Positions 63,001 to 64,000 of a stretch of DNA of 64,000 nt are shown piece after piece. A program made the position numbers and the translations under genes. The notes beneath the pieces are model-generated. The model was not told the DNA's origin. It did no database searches and saw nothing but the letters and a program-made list of their open reading frames with translations. Positions within the stretch are counted from its first letter, which is position 1, and each line of letters starts with the position of its first letter. Origin of the DNA: Nemertoderma westbladi (taxonomy: Eukaryota > Animalia > Xenacoelomorpha); NCBI GenBank assembly GCA_032718475.1, contig JAUCBJ010001772.1:1-64000 (forward strand), read 5' to 3'.

Positions 63001-64000
63001 GGGGGAGGGAGACACAACGGTGTGGCAGGGCTACATATGAAAGCAGATGATATGAAGGAGGAGGAGGGAGACACAACGGTGTGGCAGGGCTACATATGAA
63101 AGCAGATGATATGAAGGAGGAGGAGGGAGACACAACGGTGTGGCAGGGCTACATATGAAAGCAGATGATATGAAGGAGGGGGAGGGAGACACAACGGTGT
63201 GGCAGGGCTACATATGAAAGCAGATGATATGAAGGAGGGGGAGGGAGACACAACGGTGTGGCAGGGCTACATATGAAAGCAGATGATATGAAGGAGGGGG
63301 AGGGAGACACAACGGTGTGGCAGGGCTACATATGAAAGCAGATGATATGAAGGAGGAGGAGGGAGACACAACGGTGTGGCAGGGCTACATATGAAAGCAG
63401 ATGATATGAAGGAGGGGGAGGGAGACACAACGGTGTGGCAGGGCTACATATGAAAGCAGATGATATGAAGGAGGGGGAGGGAGACACAACGGTGTGGCAG
63501 GGCTACATATGAAAGCAGATGATATGAAGGAGGGGGAGGGAGACACAACGGTGTGGCAGGGCTACATATGAAAGCAGATGATATGAAGGAGGGGGAGGGA
63601 GACACAACGGTGTGGCAGGGCTACATATGAAAGCAGATGATATGAAGGAGGAGGAGGGAGACACAACGGTGTGGCAGGGCTACATATGAAAGCAGATGAT
63701 ATGAAGGAGGGGGAGGGAGACACAACGGTGTGGCAGGGCTACATATGAAAGCAGATGATATGAAGGAGGGGGAGGGAGACACAACGGTGTGGCAGGGCTA
63801 CATATGAAAGCAGATGATATGAAGGAGGAGGAGGGAGACACAACGGTGTGGCAGGGCTACATATGAAAGCAGATGATATGAAGGAGGAGGAGGGAGACAC
63901 AACGGTGTGGCAGGGCTACATATGAAAGCAGATGATATGAAGGAGGGGGAGGGAGACACAACGGTGTGGCAGGGCTACATATGAAAGCAGATGATATGAA
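60002..64000. repeat. 59-bp homogeneous tandem array (at least 67 copies, running off the window)
   Basis: Unit AGACACAACGGTGTGGCAGGGCTACATATGAAAGCAGATGATATGAAGGAGG(A/G)GGAGGG, with essentially one dimorphic site. Confidence 0.97.

Overview
AT-rich genomic DNA from a eukaryote, most likely an invertebrate animal, with GT-AG spliceosomal introns. I reconstructed five protein-coding genes by hand: intronless GLMP/NCU-G1 (+), two-exon DPH7 (+), a five-exon Rnd-like atypical Rho GTPase (+), nine-exon SPAG6/PF16 (-) and a four-exon NHL-repeat protein with no RING or B-box (-). Between and inside them are hAT-type MITEs with target-site duplications, a CACAGTG-ended inverted-repeat element, tRNA-derived SINEs, RTE, L2, CR1 and Penelope fragments, and several tandem arrays. 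The main observation is that the large intronic satellites are tandem amplifications of exon/intron junctions. About 170 copies (60 bp), about 255 copies (20 bp) and 8 copies (32 bp) of the exon end plus 5' splice site fill SPAG6 introns 8, 5 and 3. A 4 x 44 bp junction array follows Rnd exon 4. Acceptor-side arrays that lack the AG occur at the last SPAG6 exon and upstream of GLMP. Copy numbers are array length divided by unit length, and all homology calls are from memory, not database searches.
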